Below are positions 18,816 to 33,100 of a stretch of DNA of 64,000 nt, piece after piece (positions within the stretch are counted from its first letter, which is position 1; the number at the start of each line of letters is the position of its first letter). Source of the stretch: a virus; IMG/VR virus record IMGVR_UViG_3300025127_000025, positions 3,162-67,161 of that record. One strand, written 5' to 3'. The translations under genes were made by a program, and so were the position numbers. The notes beneath the pieces were generated by a model. It did no database searches. It saw only the letters and a program-made list of their open reading frames with translations, and was not told the origin of the DNA.

Positions 18816-19087
18816 AAGTTCGGCAGTTTCTAAAGAAGAGAAGAATAGAATCTTCAGAAGATTTAGAAATGCAGATGCAACTGTTCGCCTATATCGTGGC
18901 GAAACATTACAGCATATCACTATACGAGGTCTACAACATGAGCGAGCCAATCTTCAGACAGTCCCTATCTTGGGCTCTTGCAATTAATGAAGAAGAGAGG
19001 CTAGAGCAAAAGAAACAGAAGGTTTCAGAGAGCGATGATACTGTCGAGTTTGACTACACATTCCTTGAGATGGAGGAGGACTTCTAA
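18812..19087 (+). CDS. tail assembly chaperone frameshift extension (gpT-like)
   Basis: Only a weak TTG start; reached by the -1 shift; TAATG-coupled to the tape measure gene. Confidence 0.7.
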   Translation: MKVRQFLKKRRIESSEDLEMQMQLFAYIVAKHYSISLYEVYNMSEPIFRQSLSWALAINEEERLEQKKQKVSESDDTVEFDYTFLEMEEDF

Positions 19088-19944
19088 TGGCAGTTGGACT
19101 ACAGGCTGCCTTACTCACTCTCAATGCTATGCAGGGTGTTCTACAAACGATTAGCGCAGGTATGAGCGTAATAGGTGGTGCAGCATCAAAAATAGGTCAA
19201 GCATTAGGCAAGGCGTTTGCCTTTGCCAAGGACAAGGCAGTTGATGCGTTTGATTTCATAAAAGAAGCATTTGAGCCTCTGACCAACGCAATCGTATCAA
19301 TATGGAATTCGGTGGTTATGCCGATATGGGACTTCATGAAGAACGGCATGATGTTCTGGCTCAATATCTTCACTGGTGAATGGGGCAAAGCGCTAGAGAA
19401 TGCCAAGACGGCATGGAATATGACATTTGGTAATCTATTTGAAGGTCTGATGACTGGTGCTAAAATCGCATTTGATGGCCTCGGGGCTCTATGGAGTATC
19501 GCCACACGTGCTATGTCCACTGTTTGGGATTTTACCATTGGAGCATTATTTGACGGCATGGAATATGCTGCAAACGCTGTATTTGGTGCGATTGGCAGTG
19601 CATGGGACTCAATCACCGGCATGATGAAGACCATCTACGACAACACGCTTGGAGCGATGTTTGATGCGATTGGTGGTGCGTTAAGGGGCATATTCGATTT
19701 CGGTAAATCAGTCGTAGGCGGCATAGGTGATGCACTAGGCTTCGGTGGTGGCGGTGGTGGCGGCACTACCGTAGGCACAGCCGTATCAGGCGGTGTGTCG
19801 TATAACTTCGAGATGACATTCAACCTTGGTGGTATCACCGACGCTACCGACAAGAGGGAGTTGGCTAGGGAGATTGGTGACTTGATACAACAAGAACTTG
19901 CACGCAGTGTTGGTGGGGGAACAATGAGTGGGAGGTATGGTTGA
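19087..19944 (+). CDS. tape measure protein (unusually short, 285 aa)
   Basis: Follows the G/GT chaperone pair; Ala/Gly-rich amphipathic helices with periodic W/F residues. Confidence 0.7.
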   Translation: MAVGLQAALLTLNAMQGVLQTISAGMSVIGGAASKIGQALGKAFAFAKDKAVDAFDFIKEAFEPLTNAIVSIWNSVVMPIWDFMKNGMMFWLNIFTGEWGKALENAKTAWNMTFGNLFEGLMTGAKIAFDGLGALWSIATRAMSTVWDFTIGALFDGMEYAANAVFGAIGSAWDSITGMMKTIYDNTLGAMFDAIGGALRGIFDFGKSVVGGIGDALGFGGGGGGGTTVGTAVSGGVSYNFEMTFNLGGITDATDKRELAREIGDLIQQELARSVGGGTMSGRYG

Positions 19945-21113
19945 TGGCAAAGGCCGTTCCCATCAGATTGGTTCAAGAGAATGGAAGGCTCATTGAGTTA
20001 GACGCTACTAGCATGGTTCTAAGCACGACAAGGAAAGTCGGTGGCTCAGCATTGCCTTGGACCGGTAGCAGAAGAATAGGAATGGACTGGAACATAAACA
20101 AGGCCTTCATCAACATTCAAGGCGTAATCAGCGATGATAGGGATGGTACACCAGAGGCAGCACATTCTGCGACCATAGACTTTGGACATCGGATAAGTGA
20201 CAGAAGCGGAACTCAAACCGCTGTGGCTGAATCTTGGGCCTCGTCTGATAATCTAACACAATTACTCGGTCGAGTGCTTAGACTACAGTCCAAGACAGCA
20301 TCACAGATTAGTGAATTCGATTTGATACCATTCACAAACACCGCTAGTGCTGGTGGTACTGCGTATTCATCCAATGGTGGCGTTGGTAGCACACCCACGG
20401 TGCTAGTGAACACCAGTGATGCGACACCTGAGCAGATTGCCACGGGTGTCGCCGCATACATCAACGCACAACTCTCATCCAAGTACACCGCTACGGTCCC
20501 CACGAACGCTGGTAAGAAGGCAACCTCTAGTGGTGCGTTGTCTGATGCAAGCACGCTTGTGAGTATCACAATGGCCACTGTTGGACTCTTCACCAATGCC
20601 ATAATCACTACACCTGATTTTCATTTTGCGACAAGAGCAGGTGCTTATTTCGTGTCTCCCATAATAGTCAAGTTCTCGGGTGGGTCTGACAAGACGATAA
20701 AATCAGCAGGTGACAAGGTACAGGACCTCTACGGTGTAATCAACAACAGTTCTAGGAGAGGTAAATACCTCTCTCAAGTTGCTGTCAAGGAAAGCAAGAG
20801 AAAAGCCAGAGACAGAAACGACCTGAGGGACTACATTGTTGGCATACAGATACCGTACAACTCCACGATAAAGGCAGAGAACGGTGAGTTGTATGTCGCG
20901 CGTAACTTCTTCATGCCCACTGGTTTCTACTACGGCAAAGAAAAGACATCGGAGGGCAATGACCATCCTGCAAGCGTCGAGATGGATTTGAAGGATGAGC
21001 GCAAGGGTATCCAAGGAGCGGTGCAGAAACTCGACATCACGTATGATGCGGGTGAGTCTGTGTACTCGTTCAACTTGATATTCGCGCCAATAGACAACAT
21101 GATACTATCTTGA
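19944..21113 (+). CDS. putative distal tail (Dit-like) protein with insertion
   Basis: Directly after the tape measure (TGATG coupling). N-terminal (INIQGVI) and C-terminal (IQGAVQKLDITY...YSFNLIF) beta segments flank a Ser/Thr-rich insert. Confidence 0.5.
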   Translation: MAKAVPIRLVQENGRLIELDATSMVLSTTRKVGGSALPWTGSRRIGMDWNINKAFINIQGVISDDRDGTPEAAHSATIDFGHRISDRSGTQTAVAESWASSDNLTQLLGRVLRLQSKTASQISEFDLIPFTNTASAGGTAYSSNGGVGSTPTVLVNTSDATPEQIATGVAAYINAQLSSKYTATVPTNAGKKATSSGALSDASTLVSITMATVGLFTNAIITTPDFHFATRAGAYFVSPIIVKFSGGSDKTIKSAGDKVQDLYGVINNSSRRGKYLSQVAVKESKRKARDRNDLRDYIVGIQIPYNSTIKAENGELYVARNFFMPTGFYYGKEKTSEGNDHPASVEMDLKDERKGIQGAVQKLDITYDAGESVYSFNLIFAPIDNMILS

Positions 21114-21126
21114 TGGGGGAGAATTA

Positions 21127-24100
21127 GTGACAGTCATTACCCGTAAGAACCATGCGATGTTCTTCAACGGTATCACTGACAGCATCGTGGTGCCTGAGGG
21201 TGCCTTCTCCACGCTGGGTGAGAAAACAACCCAAGACACCTACGATGTCAGGAACATCCTCTCACCTGACGCCCCCCTCTCATATAGGTCACAAGGGGCT
21301 ACGTCTGGGGCTTTCAACGGGTATATCACAATCGAGGCGTGGGTCATACCGGACTGCGGTGGTACAATCATCGAGAAGGAGGGGCAGTTCAGGCTATCGC
21401 TAGGGAACGTAGACACACCCGGTCCTGCGGTGTTCGTAGCGCACCTCACAGGAGACCAAGGAGACACAACTGTCACACTGACTACGGCAAACGAAGAGTC
21501 TAACAGATACGAGGGAACCGTCTATCCCCACATAGAGTATCAAGGAGTGCAGGATTCGTACAACAGATTCGTCAGTGGTAGTGATGACGCTACTGACTTG
21601 AACAGAAATCACAGACCACTCATTCACGTGGTAGCAGCAGTTAGACCATCAGCGGTGGAGTTGTATGTCAATGGGGCCATGGTAGCGTCAAAGTCAACAA
21701 AGGACAAGGGACTGACACTCAGGTCATCGTCTCATCGTACATTCATCGGTGGTGAGGGTGGTCGTTTCCGTGGCACTATGGAGGGTATACACCTCAGTGC
21801 TGCTTTCAGCCCAACCATGGTTGATGGCAATGGTCCCTACTTGGATGCTGAGACTCTGCTGTTGTATAGATTTGAAGAGCCAATATCACCAATAGAGGGT
21901 GTGTTTACATTCTCCTCGATAGCAAACAACAGCACCACCATGGATGGGGTTAGTGTTACAATCTCCCAAATCAGCATGTCCAGCACAGATGCCACAACGT
22001 TGGCAAAGAGTCTGACTGGTCTATCCACAGTCTCCGGTAACTACGTGTTTTCTAAGGACTCCACCGGTGTGCACAAGTACTCTAGTGGTGACTACAAAGT
22101 TCTAGACTATCAGTCCGGCTCTCTATCCACACACGCTATCTCCCATACGCCCTACAACCTCCTAATCAACCCGGATGGGATTGACCCTGATACCAAAGCG
22201 CCTAACAGCAAACCACCTGAGAGAGTTAGGCTACACAGCATAAACGTCGATACAGGCAACCTACTTGTGTCCAGCATACACCTAGACTTCGCCTCTTCAA
22301 CCAACGGCATGATACCTGCTTTACATACTAGGAGCACTGGAGTGGACAACCACTTCGTTGTAGTGAGTTCCGACCTTCTCCTAGACTCAGCGACTGGTAA
22401 TCCCTACCAACCTCCACACTTCACATCTCAGATTATTGATAGGACAGGGCAGATGGTGATTGACGAGAGTGAGTTCCAGAATCATGGTTTTGTCTATTCA
22501 TCCGCCATGGCCACCACATCCTCTGACTCCAACAACCCTTTTGCAGTCACTTGGCCGACAACGGTCGATGAGGCGTATCAGATAGGCCATAGTGGGAGGC
22601 ATACCAAGAACCATGTCGAGGGCCATTGCTACCTGAGAATGCTACCTAAGTCCTCTGAGGAGATAATAGACCAGAGGGCCGATGGGTCTGCTGATGTCAT
22701 AGAAATTATCTATGACGAAGTGCAAACGGGCATACACAACAGAGTCTCGATGAACAGCGTTGTCGACGTGTATCGTGAGTTCGGTAACATGGAGGTCGTC
22801 AACGTAGTTGATTCCAGCACTGTGACTGTGGCATTCAATTCATACAACAACACCACTAGCCCGCCCGCTGGTAAAAGAAAACTCATAGCGATTGGCGGTC
22901 CTAGTTTTGATTACACACCCTTCGCTTTGAAAGGGCCCATACCACCTTTCCAAGTATACGACTCAGACGATGCTCAGACGCACATCAGCGATGACATACG
23001 CAAGTATCACGTTAAGCCATCAAAAGAGAGTAGGGTCGCTATACTACACGTACCGAGGCTTACGCAACTAACACCAACCCTAGCACCCTTTGTTGAGATA
23101 CACTACAACGCAATCGACCTAACTGGCGCGAGCATGAGTGGCACAGTGCAACCCTTGCTCATGGTGGAGAAGACGGTTCCGTCCTCCGATACTCTAGTCT
23201 CCGGTAGCGAGTATGTCTACGACGCCATCATCAACTCAATCGCATCAGGGCATACGCTGTTCGCACCCGGCGGTTATATCGATGTAGATACAGAGGAGAT
23301 AAACGTAGGCGATGAACTGCTATATGACCACAGCCTCGTAGGTGATACCTCAGAGGGCTTCTCCTCCGATGACGAGGTCGATGAGTCTCTCACACCAGCC
23401 AACTACACACCAAGGAACAACTCAGACTCCATACAGAACCAGACTCCCGGTGTCATACTTGAGTCAACCAGCACCACTGGTGACCATGACTCAGTGTTTC
23501 ACAGGCTGTATTTGAATCAAGTCAAGAACACAAAAATCATGGCAGACAAGGGCAGTTACGATAGACTAGAGCCTGATGTGACACCCAACAGCCCTGCTGC
23601 TGGTCAGTTTGACACAGGCACTGTGACCTCTGCGACCCCGATATACGAGATGTACGACGTTATTGACAATTTCACAGTGACTGGCAACAACTCCGCTGAC
23701 ATGCGCATCATACTGCAACCGACCGATAGAAGACGCAGTATGCTCCTCTCTAATGTGAATATCAGCGGTGTCCTCAATCGTGTGTCTATACTCTACATGA
23801 TGAGTCGTGCTAAGGTAAGAAGCATCGATGAGACTGTAGGCGAGCAAGGCGGTATAGAGGGTATTAGGTGTGTCGGAGTTGCAGACTCCATCGTATCAAG
23901 GAGAATAGACTTCACAGGGAAGGGGAGTCCAGATTCTCACATTGTCAAGGAGATAGAGCCTAATGCGCCTGTGGTTACGGTGAGTCTAGGTGGTCCGGGT
24001 CAAGGTGCCATGGACACCAGACCTGTGTTTCAGAAGAGCATACTCGCTCATGAGTCCTATTCGACTCGCAGGTCTTACTCAGTGACAGCGCACCAACTAG

Positions 24101-27100
24101 ACGTTAACTGGACCAGTGGTGCAGCGACGCTACACGTTAAGCCCTTGAACAACGAGAGCACTGACCTAGCGTCTTGGGGGACATACGGCTTCCCTCGTTA
24201 TGGTAGAATACACCTACCTGATGGAAGCAGTGCCAAGTACGACAGCAAGACTGGGTCAACGTTTGTCTTCAGCGCAGCCAGCGCGTCTACCTTGGACTTC
24301 CTGTCCAGTGATGGCACCTCGCATCTAGCAGTCGGTAAACTACTCAACGCTACTGGCTTCATGGTTGGACCGACCAGTGGTACCTCCGTCACCATAAACG
24401 GTAACTTCACAGTGTTCAGTGAGGCGGACTTTGGAGATGAGTCCGACTTGGAAAACGGCACTACCTTGAATGACAGGATGCATCAGTCCCTAAACGATGT
24501 GCAACATGATTACCAGTTGGGCACTCAGTATGCAAGCACTAGGGCAATAGCGGAGATACCCCTGTTCTCTGAGCAGTTCTTCCACGACTCCATTGGTCCC
24601 GGTAACGCTTTCAAGATACACGTTGACGCCACTCATACAGCGCACACGTACAATCCCAGTCCGGTCGGTAGGAGATTCAAGAGCGAGAATGAACTTGCAG
24701 ACAGGGAGGCCAAATCAGCCTTCTCAATAGCGTTGCAGAACAGGGAATACCTAGACTCAACATTTGCAGTAAAATGGGACGCTGTCAACAAAAGGCTGTA
24801 TGTGAACAACATAAACATCTTCCCAGACTCAACTACGAGCACTGCTACCTACAAAGGCGTGACCACCGCGTATCGCTATAGAAAGGTGCATCTCGCCAAC
24901 GGTGAGTGGTCTTGGTACACCAGTGTCAATACAAGCGATGGGTACTTACAGTTGCTTGACGCCACGTATGGGCAGAGCCCGAACTTCTTCGAGTCATTAG
25001 CAGTGGGCATCTCCGTCTTCATCAACGATGCAGGCATAGACAGTTCTCTGATACCAATCAGTTCCGATGAGTTCACACCGTCCTCCGACTTCGAAAACAG
25101 GGACGAATATTATCATGATGCTGCCAGTGTAAAGACACAGGGTGGAAATGTAGACTACGGTCTGCGTCAATACGTTAGCGCTGTTGAGTTCAAGGCTGGT
25201 CCTGAGTCCAACCCACACGCACCTAGAGTGGATGTAAAACGTGCCACTGGTAAGGTGTTGACTGCAACTGTCACTAGACTCACAGGTGTGCCAGAGCAGG
25301 CTGTCACAATCACCCTCAGTGAGGAGGACTTCGCAAAGTTCCCTGACTTGGGATACGATACTCTAGCAAATGCTCCCTCCTCCGTTGGGGATTTGGGATA
25401 CGAGGTGCAATACGATGACAATGGCACGGTGTACAGTTACCAGTACCATGGTCACATCAAGACGATAAACAGTGTCGCAACGCCCAAGAACAGCATAACA
25501 CTGGTCTTTCAAACATCTGGTGCTACATATCCATTAGTCGATACTGGTGTACTAATCAATAGAACTGCACTTGGTGGTGGCTCCTATGCACAGGGAACAA
25601 CTGGCGCCATGATTGTAGATGGTGTTGATGCAACTACGATATTTACTGTGGGTGATTTACTTTTCCAATCTGATGGTAGTAGTGCTGGAGAGATAACCGC
25701 TGTTTCATCAACAGCAGTCACAGTGGGAGGGGGAACCACTAATGGGGCATTTCAAGACAATGAGGAATTGAAAGCCGCGCAGGGATTCCCCGAAGGTGTC
25801 AAGATAACCCTGACAAGCAAACGCAGAAGCATACTCGGGACCTCAGTCACCACAGAGGTATCCGATGGCTCTCAGTATTACCGTGAGTTGAAGAACAGCC
25901 TGAACATTACCGATGTCACCGTTACTGCACAAAGCGCGGACTCATCATCACCGTTTGAGATAACCGTAGACGGTGCCAGTGGAAAGAACGTCAACGACCT
26001 GCACGGCACGAATGTCAAGAAAGACGACGTCCTCTATTACTTGGAAGACACTAGCACCGACAAAATACGAAGAATAGGAGTCGTTAGTGAAGTTGAGAGC
26101 GCTGATGCAAACGGCACCCAAATCATCAACATGACTGCCGCGACACCAGTGATACCGTCCAATGCAAAACTAGCAGTATGGATGGGTGACTACGAGGAGA
26201 GGGATGCCGTTCTCAATGCAACATGGCTCAACCCTTACTCAGCCGGTGGATTCCGTGACGGCGACACCGTGTGGGCCAATATGTCATACAACAACCCACA
26301 CGCTGTCGAGGGGTTGTTTGCCAAGAGCAGAGGAGTCTACAATGAGTCACAGGTCTGGAACGCCTTCAATGGCGGTGCTGGTGAGTTGGATACCACTAAC
26401 CCCAGAGACAGCATACCGCTTGAGAACTTCATGATTGGCAATACCTGTCTGGAGACAGCCAGAAACTATGTCCAACACGTCAACAGAACGGTCGAGGAGA
26501 ACTACCTAGCGCTAGGCCTAACAGCATCACAAGCACCCACTGTGGCATTCATTGACCCCTATCTATCAAACGATGACCATGCGCGTGTGCTATTGTACGA
26601 TGTGGCACATGACAAGGAGTTCATCGCATTCCAAGACATACACATGCAGGTACAAACTAGCCCTGATGCCGTTCAGATAGGATGGCCCAAGGAAGTGGTT
26701 GAGGACGGCGGTAGCACAAGGAGCAGGCTACACAAGGTCAATGCAGTCTACAATGGAGCAGGCCCAAGCCCTTGGACCACGCAGATAGACGTCACCAACG
26801 GATTCCTGTCACAGAACCCATACATACGAAGCACACAGCAATCCAAGTTCATAGAGAGCGCATACGCCCACGACCTGTCTAATCGACATACTGAGGACTT
26901 GTTGGACTCTACCACATTTGACAATCAGAGTGTCGACTTCCCAACCGATGGTAGGAGCATAGCAGGCGCTAGGTTGTACGGAAAGTCACACGGACACTAC
27001 GTCCACACTGGATACTCCTACGGGGGTGCAGTCGATGGACTCAGAAACGGCTACAGCCTGACACCCAGAACAAACGACAGCGTATCACTTCACAAAATTG

Positions 27101-30100
27101 CTGACCCGCTACATGACTTCACTAGAATACCAGTGGACGCTGTGGACTCCTACACTGACTCCCTAATAGACCTGAGAAAGGGCACTAGCAACTGCACTTT
27201 CAGAGACCCTGCTACTTTCTTCGACACTCCTGATGGCACTAGAGTCATACCTGCCTTCCTCTGTCTCAAGGGAATACGCAACACATCACTCGACCTATCC
27301 TCCCATGAGGAAACTAGACTACAGCACCTACCACAGTGGAAGGACATGGGCTTCGTCAGAAGACTGACGATAGACTTGGGTGAGGTGGCGGAGAAAGACG
27401 GTGTTGTCAATACTCTCAGTGGTGCAGAAGAAGTAGTCCGCATGATAAACCAGCATGCTGCTCTAAACGCTAGACTGCTAAGTGGCTCTGCTCACGACCC
27501 TGCCCCCTTCTGGCATACAGACAACGGTGACAGGGGTACGCACATGGGGTACATCCGTGCTCATATAGGGAGAGAGGTGCAGGACCTAAATGGTGACGTA
27601 GGCTTCACTGTCGTCCTACACAGCACCGTACCGGGTGCCAGTGGTAGAAACTTCTGCGCTTGGCTGGATAACAGCACAGGCCAGACATCGTATCAGCCTC
27701 AGTTCCTAGTTGGCCATGGTGGCAGATGGAGAAACTTCTGGGCCCTTCCAGATGAGAGAGAGGGTGAGAACATGCACCCGGCGCCTATGCCTCTTGATAA
27801 GAACGGCAGGCCCTTTGCACCAATAACGACACTACAGCAGTATGTGACATCCATAGAGAGCGGTGAGGATATCAGGAGCGTTGCTGATTTCGAAGACACA
27901 TCAGTGATGAGAGCAGTCTCAGATTCGATAAGCGGGAAGAACCACAACTCAATCAATGTAGAATCTCTTGACATCAAGGGTTCATCTTCATCTCTAGTTA
28001 GAGGGCTGAGGACAGGGCCAAGTGCGCTTGCTAGAGTCAACTTCGGTGGTCTGGTCGCAAGCGGTGTACCGGGCTTTGCGCCAGATGCGGGTAGTTGGGG
28101 TTTTGGCTTTAATGGTGAGAGTAAATTCAACAACAGGTACGGCACAACATCGACATCAACTTACTCCTCACATGTGCCCACATCGCAGGTGTCCCAAGAC
28201 GCAGTCGGCACAGGACAGATATACGGTCTGAGCCTGACTGACAATTTAGGTAGGCAGAATACTCTGAGGTACATCTACAGAACCATGGGTGAGTCCTTCT
28301 CCAATAGCAACACGTCACTGCCTGACACGATAGAGGAGGAGGTATGCATATTCATAGATGACAGGGACGTGTCACAAGGTGGTTTCACACTTGGTAGTGC
28401 CATGAGTGGTTCTGGTGATGCCACTGGTAGAATGAGTTTCTCAGCCGTGTCCGAGGTCTTAGGTAGTTGGAGAGGGGCAAAATGGAGAGGGGTCGCCGCT
28501 CCAAACGCTGCCACTCTAGTCACTGCGGTATTGAGCAGTGAAACCCTCTCAATCACCTTTGTTGCTCCTTTCGACGCATCCTTCACCGATGACAAATTAG
28601 GCTATCTTGGATTTCCAAAGGAAGACGGCATCATACAGATTAGCGACTACGATGGTGCCGGTAATGCGAATGTGGGTCTGACGTTGTCATACACCCACAG
28701 AAGCGAGACGGTGTTCTATGGCGTCACAGGAGTGTCCTCACTCACAAGCACCTCCTATCTCATATCTTCCGTATTGAATCAAACCACATTAGTCACAGAT
28801 GAGTTGCTCGCTGCTGTAACTGCTGCTGCAATCAACGCAGGAGATGAAGTTAACACGCTGAACGGGCATACGTTTGACTGCACGAACATGTATGCCTTCG
28901 ACGGTAAGACCTTCGGAGAGTGGGGCGTAAGTCCCAATGCAATAAAGATACGAGCATACAATCCAAACAAGAGAGTAAAACCGTTGAACCTATCTTACAA
29001 CGCATCAATGTTTAGGGACTTGGGTATTCAGGCAGCACACTTAGAGTTTGGTGAGGTTGAGAAGGTAACAAGACCCACTGGCACTGCTAGTTATGCATTC
29101 GGTACATCACGTGCGGTGACCGACGCTAACATAGATGCAAGTAGAAACATAGATTGCGGGTATGTTCCATATACAGTTTTGCAAATACGAACAATTGCAA
29201 AAGGACCTATGGGAAATACAGCATCACCTAATTTGGTAGATTCCAAAAACGTTGTACTGAATACAAATAAATGGTCAAGGGGACTAAAGGGAATGGATTA
29301 CACCAGATATTCTGGAGACCATATACTACCCTCAATAGACAACCCGCATTCCATTTACACCACGGGTTTCTCTACAGTCAGTGCGGTTACTGTCGATGGT
29401 GAATTTGCTGAGGGCCACACCGGTGCGATAGCGATAGATGGTGGAAACTCAAACGTGTTTACCGTAGGGGACCTGATTGTCGATGCTGCTGATAGGGTGC
29501 TAGGACGGGTCACCGCTACTAACACGACATCCAGTTTCTCAATAGACGAGTTACGTGTTAGTATAGCGGATACGCTAAACATAACAAGGAGAAAAGCAAT
29601 CGCTGAGACCACCAAGGACTGGCAATCAACAGTGACCCTTGGTGCCAATATGTTCCAGTTCCTCATACCTGCATGCACCGATACGACAGGTAGCAGAATA
29701 CCATCGTTCGGTGAGAGGAAGAGAATATACCTGACGGATGAGAAGTCGATAGTCGCTGAAAGCAAAGTGGGTACAAACGCTGCTACAGAGTTATCTTGGG
29801 ATATAGACGATTCTAACAACATGCCTAGAGAGATAACATTCGAGGGCAACATACTCAGCACACACTTCGACCCTGAGTTCAACGGCCTTCGTTCTATAGG
29901 CAGTGTGTTCTCAGAGCCCATCGTCCACTTCCGTGGTGGTAAGAGCAGTAGGGACCATAGTGTGCCTCTGTTCTTCGGTGGTGGCTTCAGTGGGGTCGTG
30001 CTTGATGTAAACGACGGCACCACGAACGATTATTCGTCATTCTACACACATCCGTATGCTAACGGTCCCACGGGTGTCTCTGGTATTCAGAATGCCAGTG

Positions 30101-33100
30101 AGATATCGACGAGTTTCGCCATGCTTGACACCAACGCCATGTTCGCCTTCTTCCCCGGCGCAGCGCTGTGCAACCAGCATCGTGGTAGCATCACACCACC
30201 AGTATTCAACAAACAGAACATACTGTCACCTGATTTGAACAGAGCCTCCTCCACATACAGCAGCGGCGTGGTCAAAGCGAAGCCAGTGCCTATGGTGCTC
30301 AGATTCGCACACCCGACTGCGAGGTACGAAGACCATGTGAACAGTATTGACAGCAAGACTACATATCTAATATTCGGTCCGGGGCAGGCTTTCCCGTTTA
30401 CCAACGAGGCTGCCTTGGATAGTGAAAGTGGTACTACGAACGCAAAAGAGCCATATCCGGGTCGTATAATCACAAGCGGTAGCACATGGGCAAGTGTACC
30501 GTTCAAGGGTGGCTACAGCAGTCTTGGTAATGACCAGCAACTATTCCCCAACTCGATAGAGAACAGCAGGCACTCGTTCCTACCACCTCGCAAGGACTAC
30601 TACAGCACCACCGCTGGCTTCCATTGGAGGGCGATGGTCAACTGGGAGTCACCAGCAGGCTACACAATGAAGGAGGAACTCAAACAGGTACCAGAGCACG
30701 GTAGGCACTACGGACAACAACTGAATGATGACACTCCATATGACGCTAATGACCTCACGAGAGTCACACCCAAGATGCACACACCTACCATAGGCTTCGG
30801 CATCACCATGGCCGCTGATACGGTGTGGCACATGGACGGTGGATATCACCCCGGCGGCTCTTGGTTGGACAACCAACTCACATTCAACCCACCACACAAG
30901 GGCAAGTCAGACTCAAGGGTCCTCAGTAGCAACTGGGAGAGGGCCAACCAGATACACCCAACTGCGTTCAGAGTCGCAGGGCCGTTGACTGACCGCATAT
31001 TGGACTACGTCGGTAACGGCAGTGAGGCTGTGGTAAGCGGCGATGTGGACATGGAATACATAGTCGTCGATGCGACTCGATGCCAGAACGGTGAGGAGTT
31101 GGCCACGGTGCTAGGAGCAGCAATCAACGCATTCCCCGGCGCTGGCTCGCTCAAAGCGCTAGGTGGTACTCACATGCCATCCATGGGCAACGCGATGCGT
31201 CAGGACAGATACGGATGGAGGCATCTAGGCACTCTAGATGAGTATAATGACAGTTCATCCACTGGTAACTACATAGACAGCGAGTTCAATGATGGGGACG
31301 GTACGACATTCACGCAGGAGTACCTTGAGCAATTACCGACATCTGGTTGGCTGAGGGCAATCAAGGAGTCAAACGGCGCAGTCGCTTGGGTGCCCTATCA
31401 CTCAAGGGAGGTTCTCAATGAGTCCTCCAGCAACTGGAAAGTGAGGTTCTACATGGCGCCGAACAGGATACATGGTCAGAGTAAAGCCGAGGACCCCCAG
31501 ACTTGGGAGGACTTTATTGGAGGAGCATCTGCCGACTTTGCCGCTGTTGATGACACATACACATTGTATGTATGGTCCAAGGCTGGCACTCTCCGATTCA
31601 ACAACGAGAATGTGTCAGGCAGGGACCACATGACACAAGTTCACTTCTCAGGCATAGCGGATGCCGTTGACCGCACCAGACCCATAGGGGCGATAGGATG
31701 GCACGGTGAGCGATACTCGTACCTCAATAGCCTGAAGATAACCAAGAACACGTCAGGCACTGGCTATGCAGCGGGTCTAGGTGCTTACCATCCCATGCTC
31801 AACTTCTCCCCGTACGGAACTGCTGGTACCGTGATGAACACGCATAGCAATGTGCCAGTCGTGGCACCGATGAGAAACAGCCCTGAGAGCACACCCACGA
31901 TAGATGGGATAGGCATCTACGTCGGTACGCATGTGAAGAAGGCTAACTTCTACACCAAGTACAATCTAACGACTGGTAGCGGTGGAGCATACGATACCTA
32001 CACGTATGCATTTACACATACTGAAGACACCACTAATGATGCCAATCAGTGGAATGTGCCTACTAATTACATAGACAACACGCCACTACCAAAAGAACTC
32101 ACTCTACCTCAGGGACTCTACACCAGTGCTTTCCTAGTTGTCAGTTACGACTCTGAAAGCAGTCTTGTCGCTAAGTTCGATAGGGACGGCATAACCGCCA
32201 ATGGAGACTGGTTGCAGGTCATAGGTCAGGGCACGGACCCAATCACATATGCTGGTAACACGCAATGGGACGAGAGGTTCCATGGTCAGGACAGATTCAT
32301 CGCACCAGCCAACGCAGGGCCAAACGTAGAGGCACTGATTGTCGACAGCACAACTGTGCCTATCGTCTCTAATCCAGCGTCTGGTGGTAGTAGCAACTGG
32401 GCCGCTACGACCTTCTCTGGAATCGGCAACTACTTCCATGGTGATGCAGGTAACAATACCGCTCAGTCAGATGAACTGGAACTGAAGAACGCAGTGCCGG
32501 GATTGAACAAGATAGGAGACTTGTTGTTCGACCTAGACCACTCTGTCGGCTCTGTATTGCTTGAGTCGGGTGATGCAGAAAGAAACACATCCGCTGATAG
32601 TTACACTGTGGCACACACAAATAACTGGCCATCTCGCTATTGGATGGGGGATGTCAATGCCTTCCAGATGTACGAGAACTCTGCGGTGCACAACTTCTCA
32701 GTCGAGAACGTCGTCTGGAAGAGGATGGACGGCGGTAACCTCTCACTTCCAGCAGTCAATGCACGTGGGTTAGGAGCAGTGCCATGGGTCACACGTGTGA
32801 AGAGCAATGCAGCGATTCTCACAGGTGAGAAGTTGTACGGCAATGTCAGATTCTCATTCGAGACCACCAACAGCGCAATGATGCCCGTGCTACAAGCACA
32901 GGAGTTGTCACATCCAGAGTTCGCTAGAAAGCACCCCTACAAGGTGGGTAATGTCCTTGACATACCGAATGAGGAGGTACAGTTCCAGAGTATCAATGTG
33001 AGGGACGATAGCGGTCAGATGCATAAGATAGAGGGAGGTAGCCCGTTAGGCACAATCATACGAGGCTTCCGCGTTCCCGAGAACAGAGGCGTGGACGGTA

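Noticed and set aside
18766-18987. Alternative 73-aa ORF across the chaperone junction
   Set aside because: It is the +1 frame; the -1 frame explains the junction and matches the known G/GT pattern.
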